Source: Lingula anatina
Taxonomy: Eukaryota; Animalia; Brachiopoda
Assembly (NCBI GenBank): GCA_051362555.1
Contig: CM120649.1
Location: 4,774,001 to 4,838,000 of the forward strand
DNA length: 64,000 nucleotides
Reading direction: 5' to 3'
Shown here one piece after another: positions 48,001 through 62,694 of this stretch. Positions within the stretch are counted from its first letter, which is position 1; every line of letters begins with the position of its first letter. The notes beneath the pieces were generated by a model. That model was not told where the DNA came from. It did no database searches and saw only the letters and a list, made by a program, of their open reading frames with translations. Both the position numbers and the translations under genes were made by a program.

Positions 48001-50721
48001 TAATACATACTGAACACAGATTAAAATACGGGTGTTTCGTAAGGTGTTAAAAATGTGAAAGTAATTACCAGTAAGCAAGAAAACCAGGTTGAGATAATTT
48101 GTCAACCTCTTGCGTGACTTCTACAGGTGTTTTAAATAGTCTGCCAACTGGGGGAAAATTATCTCTTCACTAACCACAGCAGATGGTGCAAATCTAAATC
48201 ATTTTTTTTCCATCCCGTCAGCAACTTTCCAACTGGCAAAAATCAGCTCTCTGATGTTATGACTGTTGCTGAACAAGACTGGGATCCAACCATGTAATTC
48301 TACCTTCATTAAAGATGCACAGTGAAAGGTTATTCTTGTGAAAAATCAAAATTTTCTGGGGATTTCCCTTGTATTGTTCAAAACAACAAAAAAATCTGGT
48401 GTTTTAAAAAACACAAAGCATGCCACTTGGATCGCTCTTGGTGTAATGAGGGTAAACTTGGTTTTAAGTTGTGTTAACCACAATTTCCTGCAAGGTAAGT
48501 TCAATTAAGACATAAGTCACTGTGCAAGTATTATTAGTGTGTGTGTGTGTGTGTGCGCGCGCATGCATGTGTGTGTGTGTGTCTGTGTGTGGATGCATGT
48601 GTGTGTGTGTCTGTGTGTGGATGCATGTGTGTACACATGAACACATTCTCACTCCATGGAGTACAACATTACATGTGAACTGTGCAAAAGTAACCCTCCA
48701 TTGCTTTTCAGGCCTGTAGGACAGTTGGGGGGGGGGGGGGGGGAGGTTAAAAACACTGACCTTTTTCCCAAATCAAAATGAGAGAGAGAGAGAGACACTT
48801 ATTCTGCACCCTGCAGATAAAACAAATTAACTACAAACCAGATACAGAGCTGGAAGTCACAGACAGCCAAATGAGCCGAGATAAAAAACAAACATGCTCC
48901 ATGTCACGTCAACCCTGGTGAGTGACAAACCTCGACTTAATACCCCTCCATCTGTCATAACTCCACTAACCGCAGCTAGTCAACCAATTAGGAGTCTTAT
49001 TGATAAATTTACTGTGCAAACAGCAAGCGTGCCTTTCCGCCCACTCTCACCGCAAACATTTTGATTGACGCTGACTCAGATGATCCACCACTCTCAACTT
49101 GACAGTCTTTGTTCTTATTACACGTATGGACATATGAGACTTAGGAAAGATGACTATCTCCTAATATATCCTCATACATTTCACCTCTAGAGTTTCATGC
49201 CACCATGTACAATATTCTGTAAGTCAAAGCATGCTCTTTTCTCTTTGTCACTTTAGACATCACGGGTAAAACAGTGTTATGAGAAAGATGTTATAGTTAT
49301 TTTGAGCAAAATTAGGCCTGAAATAGTCTCATTGATGTTTAACCACTTACTACAATTACATCTTCTTGTCAAACCCAGAACCCCCCCCCCCCCAAAAAAA
49401 AAAAAAAAAAAAAAAACATGACAATATCAAAAGGGGCAGTCGGGGGGGGGGGGGAGGCAGAGGATCATGCAATCACTGAATCTGCTTTTTGGCTTCAAAA
49501 CCCAATTGTCTCATGTCTAACCTAATGTGAAAGCAACTAAAATGTGAAATAGTCTCAGAAAACCTAAAATCCATCAATCAGTCCACTAATGACCATACAG
49601 TCCACCTCCAGTGGTCACCCAGTCTAATGACCCTTGAATGACCATAATACAGTAGCCAGTGGTCAGATGAACTGACCCTTCACTGACCAATACCCTCTCT
49701 CATTATTCCATAATTTTGTAGCACTTATAAAGGCATTTGGAGTCCCTTGGTGACTTGACATAGCATTGGGCTATATCAAGATAGAATATCATTTTGTGAT
49801 AAAAGTAAAATTTCTTTTAAAATAAATAACCTATATGTATTATGTCCAAATTAAAGGTGGAAATGGGATTTTCACACTAAATCTAATTTTTCTTGATAAG
49901 AAGTAATTTTCTCTTGCTCACAAATCACTGCATAACCCAAACCTACAGTTGGGTTCCAAGTTTTGCATCACTAAATAAATATGATCAAATGACTGAATTC
50001 AAAATAAATCATGATTCATTTAGCCAGTTCCTTACATTTCAGAAGGAAATCCTGACATCAGGAACTTTGGTTTGAAGGGCCTTATTGTTTTATTGGTCTG
50101 AATTAGGAAAGATAAGTTGTTTCACTGAAATTGCAGGATATCTACACAAAAAATATGACAGTGGGGGATTTTAGAAAGTATGAGTAATTTCCATTCCATG
50201 GGTATACAGTGCAGTGTCACCACAACATGTGTCCTCCATGCTTTGGTCTCTTTGAATTTCTTCACTGAACTTCTAAGTGGCTAGCACAAAAAATCATCTT
50301 AAAGGCCAAAAGTTATAAGAATGTTCTCTTTTGCCTAAGGTATGTTTGAAATTCTTCATAGTACTTCAAAGTCAGGCATGAATTTCTAAGGTTACCAAGC
50401 TCGTGTGGCACTTGAGGACAAGTTCAGTTATTTTGGTTGAAGGGGAGCACTACAAGCTGTAAAAAGTATTCTGGTATTCCCCACTTGGTCTACAGCCTGC
50501 TTTGAATATAATATCATACACATATCTGAGGAGAAAAAACTTTATTTTCCACTTAGACCTTCTTGCTGCTCTTGTCAGTTTAACACATCCGTCCGGCATT
50601 TCATCTTTTCCTTTTCACTTTATTCATTTCTTCTTCATTCTCTATTCTCCCACACATACATACTCTCCTTTTTTCCAACTCGTGTAAATTTTCTCTTAAT
50701 CCCTTTCCCTCACCACCACTG

Positions 50722-50773
<52 letters not shown>

Positions 50774-52092
50774 TCCCCCCCCCCTCTCTCCTTCATTTAG
50801 CTATTTCCCCTCCTAATGGAACCTAATTGTACAAGTCTAGCCTTGTTAAACATCACATCTTCCAAGTTTAATATTAATTACACTGTGAAGTACTTATGAC
50901 TAAAATCTATATCTAGGGGCTAAATTTAGTCCCCAATACTGTCACAGCTGGCATAATTAAGTTTATGGAACAAAACACACAGAGCAAGTCTGACAAATAA
51001 ATACAATATTAAGATTCCTCAGGCAAATCAGTTATTGTTGCATTTTACACTGTGCATGACTCTCAGAACAAAAAGCCCTAGACTCACTGTAACTAAGCAT
51101 GTCGCATTTTTCTGTGGCCTTGAATCCTCTCAGTGTCTGCACACTATGTGTCCAATCTGTGGTACAACTCATATGTTATGTCCATGAAATAGCTGCATAT
51201 AAAGTCCATTTGTGTAAAGCACTTGTGTGTTCAGAATACGACCAGTCAACTCCTGCTGGATGATGCTGTATCTGATACAAAGACACTGAAACTGTCGCAT
51301 GAAATGTTTTGACATTTGTTTTATTATCGTGTAATTTTCTACCTAAATCAGTGTTGTCTATTTTTTTTTTTCAAAATAACATTCCTATATTTGTTTTGAC
51401 TGTGTAAGAAGAAAATAAAAACACTAAAAAAATTTAAGTACTAAACTTTATAGTGCCACTGCTTTAGCTTAACTTGCAACTGAGGTATCAAAATGTTGAC
51501 TCTCCAGGTCTTTTATTTCTAAAGGTTGAATCAAATCCTACAGTCAGGGAAAGTAGAAAACTGATTAATTGCTAATAAGATAACAACGGATTAGAAAAAT
51601 CCATCCTACTATTACAGAATTTGGTAATAAATCTGGTCAAAGGAGACAGTAATGCCTCAATCTTTTCAACAGGCAAAAATGATCAATCTTTCAGATACGC
51701 AATTTTGGGATTCATTAAAATGACATTTTTAGATAACATTTTTGATCCTTATGTAATACAGAATAGCACTATAGCGTAGTCTGCTTCTCGATTTGACTGC
51801 TACCATCGGACTTCGTATTTCCAGCTTTATCAAAGAAGTCATTTAACTCAATTACTGGTCGCGCAAATTTGTCTAGTTGACGATGATGCATCTCCCTTTC
51901 GGATATTTCAGCCAGTCTACCGGGAATACAGATGAACTATTCTCAGTCTTGTTACGTGATCTTCCAACATTAGTGTCATATCATCACAAGGTATATCTTA
52001 CATACATGCACTTCTGCGTCACCTGTTTCAGGGAGGATTGCCCCCTTGATGATGGTGAGTGTGATACAATCTAGTATGGCCATTCATCATAG

Positions 52093-52826
52093 GGGCTATT
52101 CACAATGAGAAGATCCGAATGTTAGCTGGTCCACGATCTAAATATGGCAGACCTACATGAAAGGAAGACCGCTTAATCCTATAATGGTCTCTCACACTCT
52201 CACACATGCCTCCCCATGCATCTGGGCAATTGGAGCCCAGATTTAATTACTGTGCCCCTGTAGGGACGATGCGTGGGGAGGCGTGTGAGAGTCGGAGAGA
52301 CCATTACAGGATTTAGGGGTCTTCCTTTCATGTAGGGTCTGCATATTTGATCCTTGGACCGGTTGATACTCGGATCTTCTATTCTGGATGGGCCAATAGT
52401 CCCCTTTCAGAATTTGGGGACTAACTAGTCTCTCACACGCCTCCCCATGTGTCGTCCCAATGGAGCCGAAATTTAATGACTGTACCCCCGCAGGGACGAT
52501 GCATGGAGAGGCATGTGAGAGGCGGCGAGACTATTAAAAGATTAGGCGGTTTTTCTTTCATGTACGTCCACCATATTTAGTCCCCAGGATTTGTAAAGCC
52601 TGGCTCAACTCATTGCGAATGCGGTCTAACAGATCTGCAGATCAAATATGGCTTACCCACTAAAAAGCTTGATGCTTATTTCCCAATTAGACACTGAATA
52701 CACAGGAATTACACAGGAAAACACAGGAATACACAGGAATTCCCACAGGAATTACGCAACAAGCATTCAAGTGGGACGGCCATATTTGAACCGTAGATCT
52801 GTTAGTCTGCTGTTCTGAGTGTGCTC
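52093..52826. mobile_element. Compound MITE locus: two palindromic family C copies (52093-52396, 52400-52626) plus a family A copy lacking its left terminus (52627-52826)
   Basis: Shared tctcacac..cctccccatg...agggacgatgc.tgg.gaggc.tgtgaga core; junction trinucleotides tag, tag, taa; the A copy carries an internal acacaggaa(t) expansion. Confidence 0.85.
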
Positions 52827-55014
52827 TATGCTTCATGAATAAACAAATACGGTTATTCTCCTCATCCTTCAAGGTTGGAATATTCAATATAATGTATCAT
52901 TATATCTTGCCAGCCAGAGCATTATGTGATACATATATGGGTCTTGTTGCACACAATATACAATAGAACAGTATGTGTTGCCTCCTGGCAGCAAGCTGCT
53001 GGTTTGCTTTGTCAAGGGAGCAGAAAGTACAGGAGTTCCGTAGCCAGCTATTTCAAAGCAGGAAGGGGTTTCCTCATCTGAAACAGTGGACTGTTTACCA
53101 TGAAACCTTTGTGTACCTAGATCAATTTTTTACCCAGAGCGGACCCTTTCCCAGTGAAAAGGTTGGTTCTTTCTTCCTCCTCCCCCCCTGCCCCACCCCA
53201 ATGAATCTAATATATATTTAATTTTATACCTTGCTTTACCTGATCTTAATTACTAAAGATGCATTTAGGTTTAACTTATTTATTTCTGTTGTTGCACATA
53301 TGCAGAAAAGATATATCAAATTAAAATCTTGATCTATTTCCCTTTGTAGGCTATTTCCAATTGCTTGTACCCTCAATATGATGTCAGACACAAAACACTC
53401 GTCAGCAGGTTGCCCAGCGGTCACCCAGCCTGCACTGACCCGCCCACTGACCTCTAGCGATATGGCTCAATGCAGCCCTCATGGGGCTATGTAATATTTA
53501 CAATGCGCACCTGCTTAGATTGGCACGCTGATGTTTAGCAAGGTTCCTGACCTGTTTAAAACACTGGTCAACTCTGGCTAAACCAGCTTAAAGCAGGCTT
53601 AAAGAACTTCAATTATACTTTACCCCAAGGAACATCAACTTGTTTCTAGCTGGACTTTATTTCTAGCTTACAGAGCACTCATTTATTCTTAGACTGGAGC
53701 TAGATCCAGAATTCTTTTGGGGAAAAAAAAAGATCCAGAATAGCTAGAATGATTCGCAGTGGTTTTAATGCAGCAGTCAGTTAGCAGCGATTCAGTCAGG
53801 AATCCTATGGATGTTATCAGTCTGTTCCCTGCTCTTTCTCCTTACCATCTGTCTACCAGTTATTAGTAATTAGAACTGTTTATCCTTAAAGATGCTATAA
53901 GTGAGTCCACCTGTCCAGTCTCAAGGCTCAAGTTATTTTAACCCTCAAATGGTCTTCTTTCTATATATATTTACATACAAACACACACACTCAAACATAT
54001 ACACATAAAATTCTGTTTCGTCCCAACCAAGCTCTATAATCCTGTACTGTGTTTTATATACCTTAATGTATTATCCACCAGGTTCACTGCTTAAGGCACC
54101 TTTCTGCTGGCCTCAAAGCTGAGAAGCTCGCAAAATCATGTGAGAACAACCACACTGTACGTCCTTCCACTTAGATAATTTCTCGTGCTGTGCACATACC
54201 TGCATACGTACACTCACCCGCAGCACGTCTTCCCAGTTAGCCCGACCTGCTACGTCCGTCCCGCTCGTGTGTGTATATACACACACAGCCTCCGTGTATG
54301 CTATGCCTATATGTGTGTGTATTGCTTTATGCTAGGAAGACTGGGTAGCTTTATTGATTCTCTCTCTATACTACTCTCCTCCTAGTCTTGAATGGCATCA
54401 CAGGCATATATCTATGGGGATTTCTCAGATTAGAACCAAACTGAACAGTTAGGATAAGAATTCTTTCACAGCTACACTACAGGGGCCTTGGGACAGGGAG
54501 ATTGAACAAGAACATGTATAGCTATGGGCTGCATAAATTGAGGCATTATGGGGTTGCAATGAAAATGGTGATTATGCTGAGCAGGGGCCACCTGCATGTG
54601 TTAGCCTTTCCTCTCCAGGCAAGATGAAATTGTCCCAGATGGGCATCGCCAACATGGACAATCTTAAATATTTCAAATTTTAATGTATAATTACTCAGCT
54701 CTGTACAGACTTCCTACATTATGAACCCTTTCCTCTCTATAGACTTAATCTGCATTGCCATTAAAATGAAACATCTGTATTAAAAATTTCCACTTTATTA
54801 TTCTAAATTGCCACAGATTAGAAATGTTGACAGCTTCTCCCCCTTTCACATCTGTCAATTGAACTCTCCCATGTAATGTAATACAGCTGGAAGGGCCCAT
54901 CTCAAAATATAAGGGGGGATACATTAAATTACCTGCATATCCTAAAAATAAACCCCTCTAATGATGGCAGACTAAGCTAACCTGGCTGGCTGTTTATAAA
55001 TACATCTGCCAGAC

Positions 55015-55445
55015 ATGACTATGTCTGCCTGCTTGATGGGATACCATTACAAAATCTCTCTCTCTTTCTCTCATTTTCTTCTTTCCCTCCATCCATTTCT
55101 TTTATTTTATTTCTACTCTCCTTCCATCTTCTATATATTCATGACTGTGTGCCTGCTTGATAGAGGACAGCATTACAAAATCTCTCCCTCTATCTTATTT
55201 TCTTCCTTCCTTCCATCCATCTATCTTATTTTCTTTTCTCCCTCCATCCATCTCTTTCATCTTCTTTTCTCCCTCCATCCATCTCTTTCATCTTCTTTTC
55301 TCCATCCATCCCTCTTTCATCTTCTTTTCTCCATCCATCCATCTCTCTCATTTTCTTCCTTCCTTCTATCCATCTCTCTCATCTTCTTTTCTCCATCCAT
55401 CCATCCATCTCTCATTTTCTTCATTTTCATTTTTTTTTTATTTTT
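55015..55445. repeat. Pyrimidine-rich low-complexity tandem array with a local duplication
   Basis: ctccatccatctctttcatcttcttttct-like units; atgact.tgt..gcctgcttgat...cattacaaaatctctc occurs twice. Confidence 0.85.
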
Positions 55446-55854
55446 CATTTTAATCTGACTCAGTCCTAAATTTTACTGGTATCCTCAATAATTCCTCTGT
55501 ACCAGACAACCACCAATCTTGCCAGTTTTTAACTCAAAAGTAACAAATAATCATATGTTTTTACGATTGCTCTTTTCTCTCTACTCGTCTCAAGGTGACT
55601 GTTATGTATATTTCTGCATTTCTTGCATTTTCGTTTGACATAAAAATGCAAAGTGATAGCTGAGGGCAGGGACTACCAAAACTTCAAAGGAGGGAGCTTG
55701 TCACTAGCATGCCTTCGGACATTAATATTGGTCGTCAAAGAAAAAAGAGGAAGATTGTAAAATGCTGACAATTCACAAAGGGTCCATTTAATAGAGCCGC
55801 AATATAACACACGGTTTCTATTTTATCTCTCTTACTTCATTTTGTTTGTTTCAT

Positions 55855-55856
55855 AT

Positions 55857-55903
<47 letters not shown>
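55855..55903. repeat. (TTTA)n microsatellite
   Basis: Direct reading. Confidence 0.95.
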
Positions 55904-56382
55904 TGCTATTTCTTGCCTTACCTTACCCTGTGTTGGGTGCTCTAAGATTTATCCAAGTTTCAGCTAACATCAGAATTACTTGAGAACAACCTGTTACATA
56001 TCCCCACAAAAAAATACCCACTTTTATCAGAGCAGACTAATTACTCTGCTTTACATAATTTTAAAATATGTTTAGTAACACATCCCTTTCCTTTTGCACT
56101 AATGGATTCATCCAAGTTCTCAGGTTTCAATTATTGCCTAGATTCCCAGTGCACTGTGCCTTTCATCTTATCCATCTAAAACAGGTTGATTGCAGTGATT
56201 AGATAAAAAAAAACACACCATTATACTAGAAATCTATTTTTATACTAGATTCATAAAAGTTTTCCCTTGATGCGTCAGTCTGCAAGAAGCCAATGCCCTC
56301 TTACTAGCACAAGTCCCCAGATTAGAGCGAAGTCTTAATAGGCTGATTTTTTAATCTACGCTTAATACACTAAGGCCCCTAA

Positions 56383-56648
56383 GGGTGCATTCCCATAAGC
56401 ACCACGGGCCTTTCGTGGATCGACTCAACTCTGCAGGGATTCACACTAAGTTAAATAAGCTAGCCTAAACAGATTAATACACCCCCTCCTGGCATTCAAT
56501 AGAATACAGAAAAGCTGGTTATTATACGAATACGTTGGAAACAACAGGAGGCGTGTCCTTCAATTAAGCTGACTGCACTTAGCGAGATTTCCTACGCAGA
56601 GTTGGGTCGATCCATGTAGACTGATGCTGTTTTTATGGGAATGGGGTC
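56383..56648. mobile_element. MITE related to family B, TAA target duplication
   Basis: taa|gggtgcattcccataa ... ttatgggaatggggtc|taa; internal inverted tggatcgactcaactctgc / gcagagttgggtcgatcca. Confidence 0.85.
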
Positions 56649-59600
56649 TAATTATCCTTTCCTGCCAGTTCCCAGAATTTGACGACTTCTACCTGACGTC
56701 TGGTCCTGAAATGTCTCTTGGCTCTCCGCCAGCACTCACACTAGCCTTCACCTTACATAGGAGTCTAGACAAAACTAGAATCTCTGTCTGCGCCTCACTT
56801 CTGATATATATATATAGGATCAGTTCACAATGAATTTATTGACCTAGTTACTACGCACTTACTCCGCAGATACTCCCACAGAATGCAATCAGATGGCTAG
56901 GTCGATATATTCATTCTGAATAGGACCATCTTTTACCTGGATGCCTGCTCCCCCCCAATTTGTTGCAGTGCTTTCCTGGAAGCGATCACTGCCTCCCAGT
57001 CCTCATCTAGAAGTCTAGACACAAGGCTGATTACACTGCATCTCAATGGAGAAAATCAATACACTACACACTTCTGAGCTCTGATATAGTAGAATATCCA
57101 CAGAATCTGAGCTGAAAGCCTCTGGTGAATTTATCATTCAGGCAGAGGGCACCTAGAGTTTATATGCAGAATCAATCATCCTATATGCCCCAGAAAAGGA
57201 CAAGTATATCAATGTCAATGTATGTGTTTATGTGTATGTGCATTTGCTGTGCATGCATATGTGGGTGCTTGCTGAACAAGTTCATGCACATGCTGAATAA
57301 ATTTTACAATCGTCAAATTATTATAAACTTATAAATATATTATAAACAGGGCTTACCTGTCAAAATTTATTTTTCTGTTTTCTTAAACTAAAGTATGTGA
57401 TCTTTGGTACTGGGTAAAAATTCCTTATGTTACATGTAATTACAAATAGTAACAAACTTCATGGGGGCTGGGGGAGGGGGGGAAGAGGGGGGACAGTGGC
57501 TATCCCCCCCTTCCCCTGCTTCTTGCACTTATGATTGATGCGTTTCTTCTCCCAACCAACCATTCAAAAATACAGATTTAGAAATGCCAGCATAGTCAGA
57601 AATGGCACTGACCTTCAGTAAGAATTCCTTCATTCCATTGCATCAAATTGTGCTGATCCTGATCAATTCACCCATAACTGACACCTGCCAAGTCTAGTTA
57701 TGTACCTAGCTATGAGCTACGAGTCATTAGAAAGTCATCACAGAATGTACTTAGATCCAGAACTACAGATACTAGTTTCTCTCTCACCACTAGATGTCAG
57801 GATGGACTGGCCACTAATCCAATGTCACAGCAATTGACCTAGCTCAATGATTTTTACAGCTTAGATATGGACTTAGAGGAGCTATATTGTCACTATTCTT
57901 GATATAACAGAGACAAAATGCATGCAGTTTTTTAGACACCAACGCTTAATGTTCTGCGATTTATAACTTCCGAGTCCTTTATTTGACAAAGTGCTGCAAG
58001 AGGGCTGGCTTCCTTATCAATCTTGTTCACATTCCAGCAGTAACTTCTTTAATTGTGACAATACATCTCTTTTAATTGGGCTGGATGTGACACAGTTCTG
58101 AACCAAAACAGCCACAGTGTCAAACCACCACGTTGAGTCAGGCAAAGCTCTTCACTGTTTAATTTTACTTAAAAAAGGGGGTTTTCAAGAACCCCCCCCC
58201 CCTCCGCCCTCTTCACCAGTCTAGCCATTGTTCCTCATCAATAGTCAACCTCTGGATACAGGCCAGAGAAAACAAATAAAATCATCAACATCTTTTCTTC
58301 TGTCTATTTGCATTTTCTATCCAGGAAAAAATCCATTTTACCACTAATAAGTGATTTTCAAATAGTCTCTGAAAAAAATACAACAAACAGTCAGCAATGA
58401 CATTAATTGTATATCTTTAGGACTTGTTTCATTGGAAAAAAGGGAAGAAAATGCAGACAAGAGCCTTGAAAGAAAATTCAATCCAATTAGTTGTATAAAA
58501 AGAGGGAAGAAACACCTGCCTCAACCTCAACAGCTTCATCTGATTTCTTGTTGAATTTTGTTCCAATAGTTCACCATCTTGAGGAAAACACCTGCCCTCC
58601 ATGCTGGTTCTTATTCTCACAAGTACTAAGAGGACACTTTACTCAGAAAAAAAAATGAGGGGGGAAAAGGTCTCCAATCTTTTTCACTTTCAGTCACAAT
58701 AAACACTCATGAATTTTGAATACCTTCTTTGTTCAAATTTTTTTTTATAATTTCAAGTTTATTGCTTTTATTCACATTTATAACTCACACACACTCACAC
58801 ACGAAAGTAAAACTTATTAACACAAGAAGAATGCACTTGTTGAAAATTTCAAATACTCTTTCTCAGATATCAGATAAAATCAGATACCACTAATAAGAAA
58901 TAAGATGCATCAGTTCTGACCAAATTTATAGAGAGATTACCGTACTCTTCTACCTGCTGCTTTGTTCTCAGACCTGCATGCCAATCAGACCACTCAAACT
59001 CCTCAAAATTAAACAGAAAAGATTTCATTAAAAAAGAGAAAAACACAAAACATCTCATGACTAAGTTACGGAAGTCAATTAATATTAGTTTTTACATGAT
59101 GGTACTATAACCATCGCCCCTAAAATAACCTTAACAATATGGCAATTGCTCTCAAATTTTAGTCACCTTATTTTCTCTAATTCATCATTTATCCATTTAA
59201 AAATAGTATTTAACTTACACTTGAAAAGTACCTCATTATCATATCCTTGCAAACAGAAACCTCACTTCCATTAATTTTTCTTTATTTCTCTTTTTCTTTT
59301 TTAAATCCAAGCACCCCATACTTCTAACATAACTCTGAACACGCAGATAAAGGTGTTGCTTAATAATATCAATTCCCCAAACACCACAAAAAATATCAAG
59401 TAATAATGACCTTAGTAACACTGAGGAGACATAGCCTAGTGTACATATCTCCACTTCCAAGTAACACCACTATGTTAGCTTGCCCCTATATTACTTCATA
59501 CAATAGATAATATAGCAGTGAGACTAGTGATACAAAAACTTTGCCGTATTCTGAACTCTGGTCTCTGCAAAACTCGAGCTCATTTCTGGCTTCACATGAA

Positions 59601-60817
59601 TGAATGGGAGTCGCTTAATTAGGAGAAAATAAAAGGAGGAGAAAAATGATCAGTGGAAATCTGACATGAAAATAAAGAAGGTAAGTCAGTTAAATGTAAC
59701 AGATGATGATAAAAAGGTGTGAAATGCTACAAGAAGGGAAAGCAAAATGTTTATGAGGCAAAAACAAGGATCAGGGAATTACTGGAACTGGCATGAATAC
59801 TTTAATAATGCTTCAATAATACATATACCAGTTGGCCATAGATAGCATACATATATATGCTTTCCTATTTACTATTTATGTAAAAAAATCTACTATTTAT
59901 TCCAACAAAATATGCTTCTATGGTACTAGGCTTGGGAAGTTAGATGATATTAATACATTATTGTCATGAACACAAAGAGTAAAGAAATTACAAACATTAA
60001 CGATAAGTAGCAATAACACGATAGAGCAAGACTTGTGACAAATTTAAAAAGATGAAAAACATCAACTTTTCTATTCAAAATGCTTAGCCACTTAAAATCT
60101 TTCCAAATTACAGTACTTCAAAAAAATTAAACAACATGCAATTGTTTTCTCTCTCTCAATATTTCTCTTGGGAAATTAAGTCAAAAAATTACTGTGGAAT
60201 GACCAAATTACATTATAAGTCACCAAGGGTATCACTTAGTAACAAAATTGAAGAGAATGATGTTCCAACTATTTTGTAATAGTTTGTACATTAAAAAGAG
60301 AAACATGGTTTATGGCTATAATGGCTATTATGGTAGGTAATGTATCATAGATAATCGGAATGGTCACTGTGTGGCTAATACAAATTATATACTAGTATAT
60401 TCAGCTGTACCTAATATCCAGTAACCTACCACTAGTGATGAACAACTTCAATACGAAAAATACTTAACTCTAGCTATATCCATTGAGCCTACATTAAGGA
60501 ATGCCCTTTACCTTTAAATATTTCACATTTTCATTTTTTTTACCTGTATCAGTCTTTATAGAATCCACTCCACTCTTTATAGAATTCCACTCATCTTGAG
60601 ATCGCCCCCAGTAATAGTCTGGGGTTAAAAGTTCAGGAGTCGTTGAGATTGTTCTATCCTTAAATAACCTGGTAATATGTCTTCTAGCTGACGGATGGTC
60701 AGTAGATAGTCAGTAGATTGGTATATAAATGTTGCTTTATCACATAGAAATATTGAAATTTTTTAATGGCATATATATTTCTTAAACCAAATAAGACAAA
60801 TTAGCAAATATTAATCG

Positions 60818-60903
60818 ATTGATATATTATTCTTTTTCATTTAGAGTATTCTCTTAGATCATTGATATATTATTCTTTTTCATTTAGAGTATTCTCTTAG
60901 ATC
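60818..60903. repeat. Exact 43-bp tandem duplication
   Basis: attgatatattattctttttcatttagagtattctcttagatc twice. Confidence 0.93.
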
Positions 60904-62615
60904 ATAATACTTCATGGAAATGTACATACTAATACTAACATCAGCATGGCTGATTTACAAAATATGTAGAACAAATACATTTATATTCAGGAATTTCAAT
61001 GCAAAATGTCTGATATCAGAGTATCATGTTTTCTGTGCTCATTATTAAAGGTGAAACAAATCCGTTCCAGTGTAAAGGATAGGATTACCTTAATTACGCA
61101 TGTAAAAATATCCTGTTATAAAACTTGTTTTTCTTCAGAGCCCACAAGGCATTTCATATCATATTGGCAGCATGGAATCATAACATAATATTGTTGATTA
61201 TGATGAACTGTTGTTTTATACAGAAATTAACACATAAATGTGCTGTCAGAGTTTTAATTATTTTTAGAAGCAAGCATAACCAGTGTGCTTGCTCAGTTTG
61301 ATGCTGCAGATTTGCATAGTAAAGTCATTAATATATTTTGTTTTCGAATGGATCACATCTCTCCATTGCATGCTTTGAAATCAAATGCATGGACCCTGAA
61401 CAGGGTTTAAGTGAAAGCTGTACATGCAATGCACATCCATATGTATAGGACTTTACCATAAGGTGCATGTAAGCATTGACGCAAAGAGAGAGAGAGAGAG
61501 AGAGAGAGAGGTCACAAAATCTCCACGCCCTCACCACCTACAACAAAAATACAAAACAGCATTTGGCCCACCCTTTTGTTTTTACTTTATTTCTATTTTT
61601 ATCATAACAATAGGCCCATCTTCCCCAGCGTGTTCCTGTGGCTCAGCTAGGAAACAAGCTGAGATAAAAGCTCTCCCCCCACCCACCTTTCATTGTTACC
61701 CCACAGGGAAATGACACTGTCTCTTAAAGGTCAACCCATTGTTCACGGATGGAGATCTTGTCTTTCCCACAAAAAGAAAAAAAAAAGCACAAGATGTAGT
61801 GCCATATAAAAAGACCCAAAAACACTTCCCATAGCAAATTTTATGCCAATGAAGTTATATGGCAGTATGAGGAGAAATCAGGTCCAGCTTAGGCCAAAAC
61901 AGACAACAATCTTAGTTCCAAAAGTGACAGCCAGATGTCAGCACAGGCAATATCACTAGCAGGTACTAAAAATGTAGATGTGGTTCAATTATACACAGGT
62001 AGCTATCCAATACTATGATCAACTTTTTTACTTCGCTTTCTTTTTCTTGTAAAATGGCATCAGAGGCACCAATTCTCATAGCATGACATTTATTATCCAT
62101 CATCAGGGACCCTTGGGCCCCCATCCATGTATAAGACAATGCCAGTGCTGGTCCCTGCAGGCACCTTCTACATACATGTACAATTTAAGTTTTTTTTTAT
62201 GCCAAATTAATTCCCAGACAGGGAAAAACCTTGAGCAAGCCAGTAAGTCATCCAAAATAAACACTGCTATGTCTGACCTTTTTTTTCTAGGTATTGCTTC
62301 AGCTAAGTTCTGAATTGCTGCACTAATTTTTGACTGACTAATTGCTGAGAAAAACCCAAGATCCCCTCTTTTTTTTTTTTTTTTTTTTTGGCAAAACAAT
62401 GCACATGATATATTGATCCAAATCATTGCGTCAGTATTCCTATCCTAGGCAGTCCAGAGGTAAATATGGAGAAGATGGGGGGTGGGGGTGGGGATGGGAG
62501 CTTGTGCAAGGATAGACAGGGGCTTTAAAAGATAACCTGTTTTCTCTGCAAATCTAAACATGGCTGTAAAAATATTGAAAGGGGAAATATCAAATGTAAC
62601 CTCTCAAGAAATTTA

Positions 62616-62694
62616 AAAATAAAATAAAATAAAATAAAATAAAATAAAATAAAATAAAATAAAATAAAATAAAATAAAATAAAATAAAATAAAA
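62616..62694. repeat. (AAAAT)n microsatellite
   Basis: Direct reading. Confidence 0.95.

Noticed and set aside
55015-55458. 147-aa hydrophobic ORF
   Set aside because: Translation of a pyrimidine-rich low-complexity repeat.
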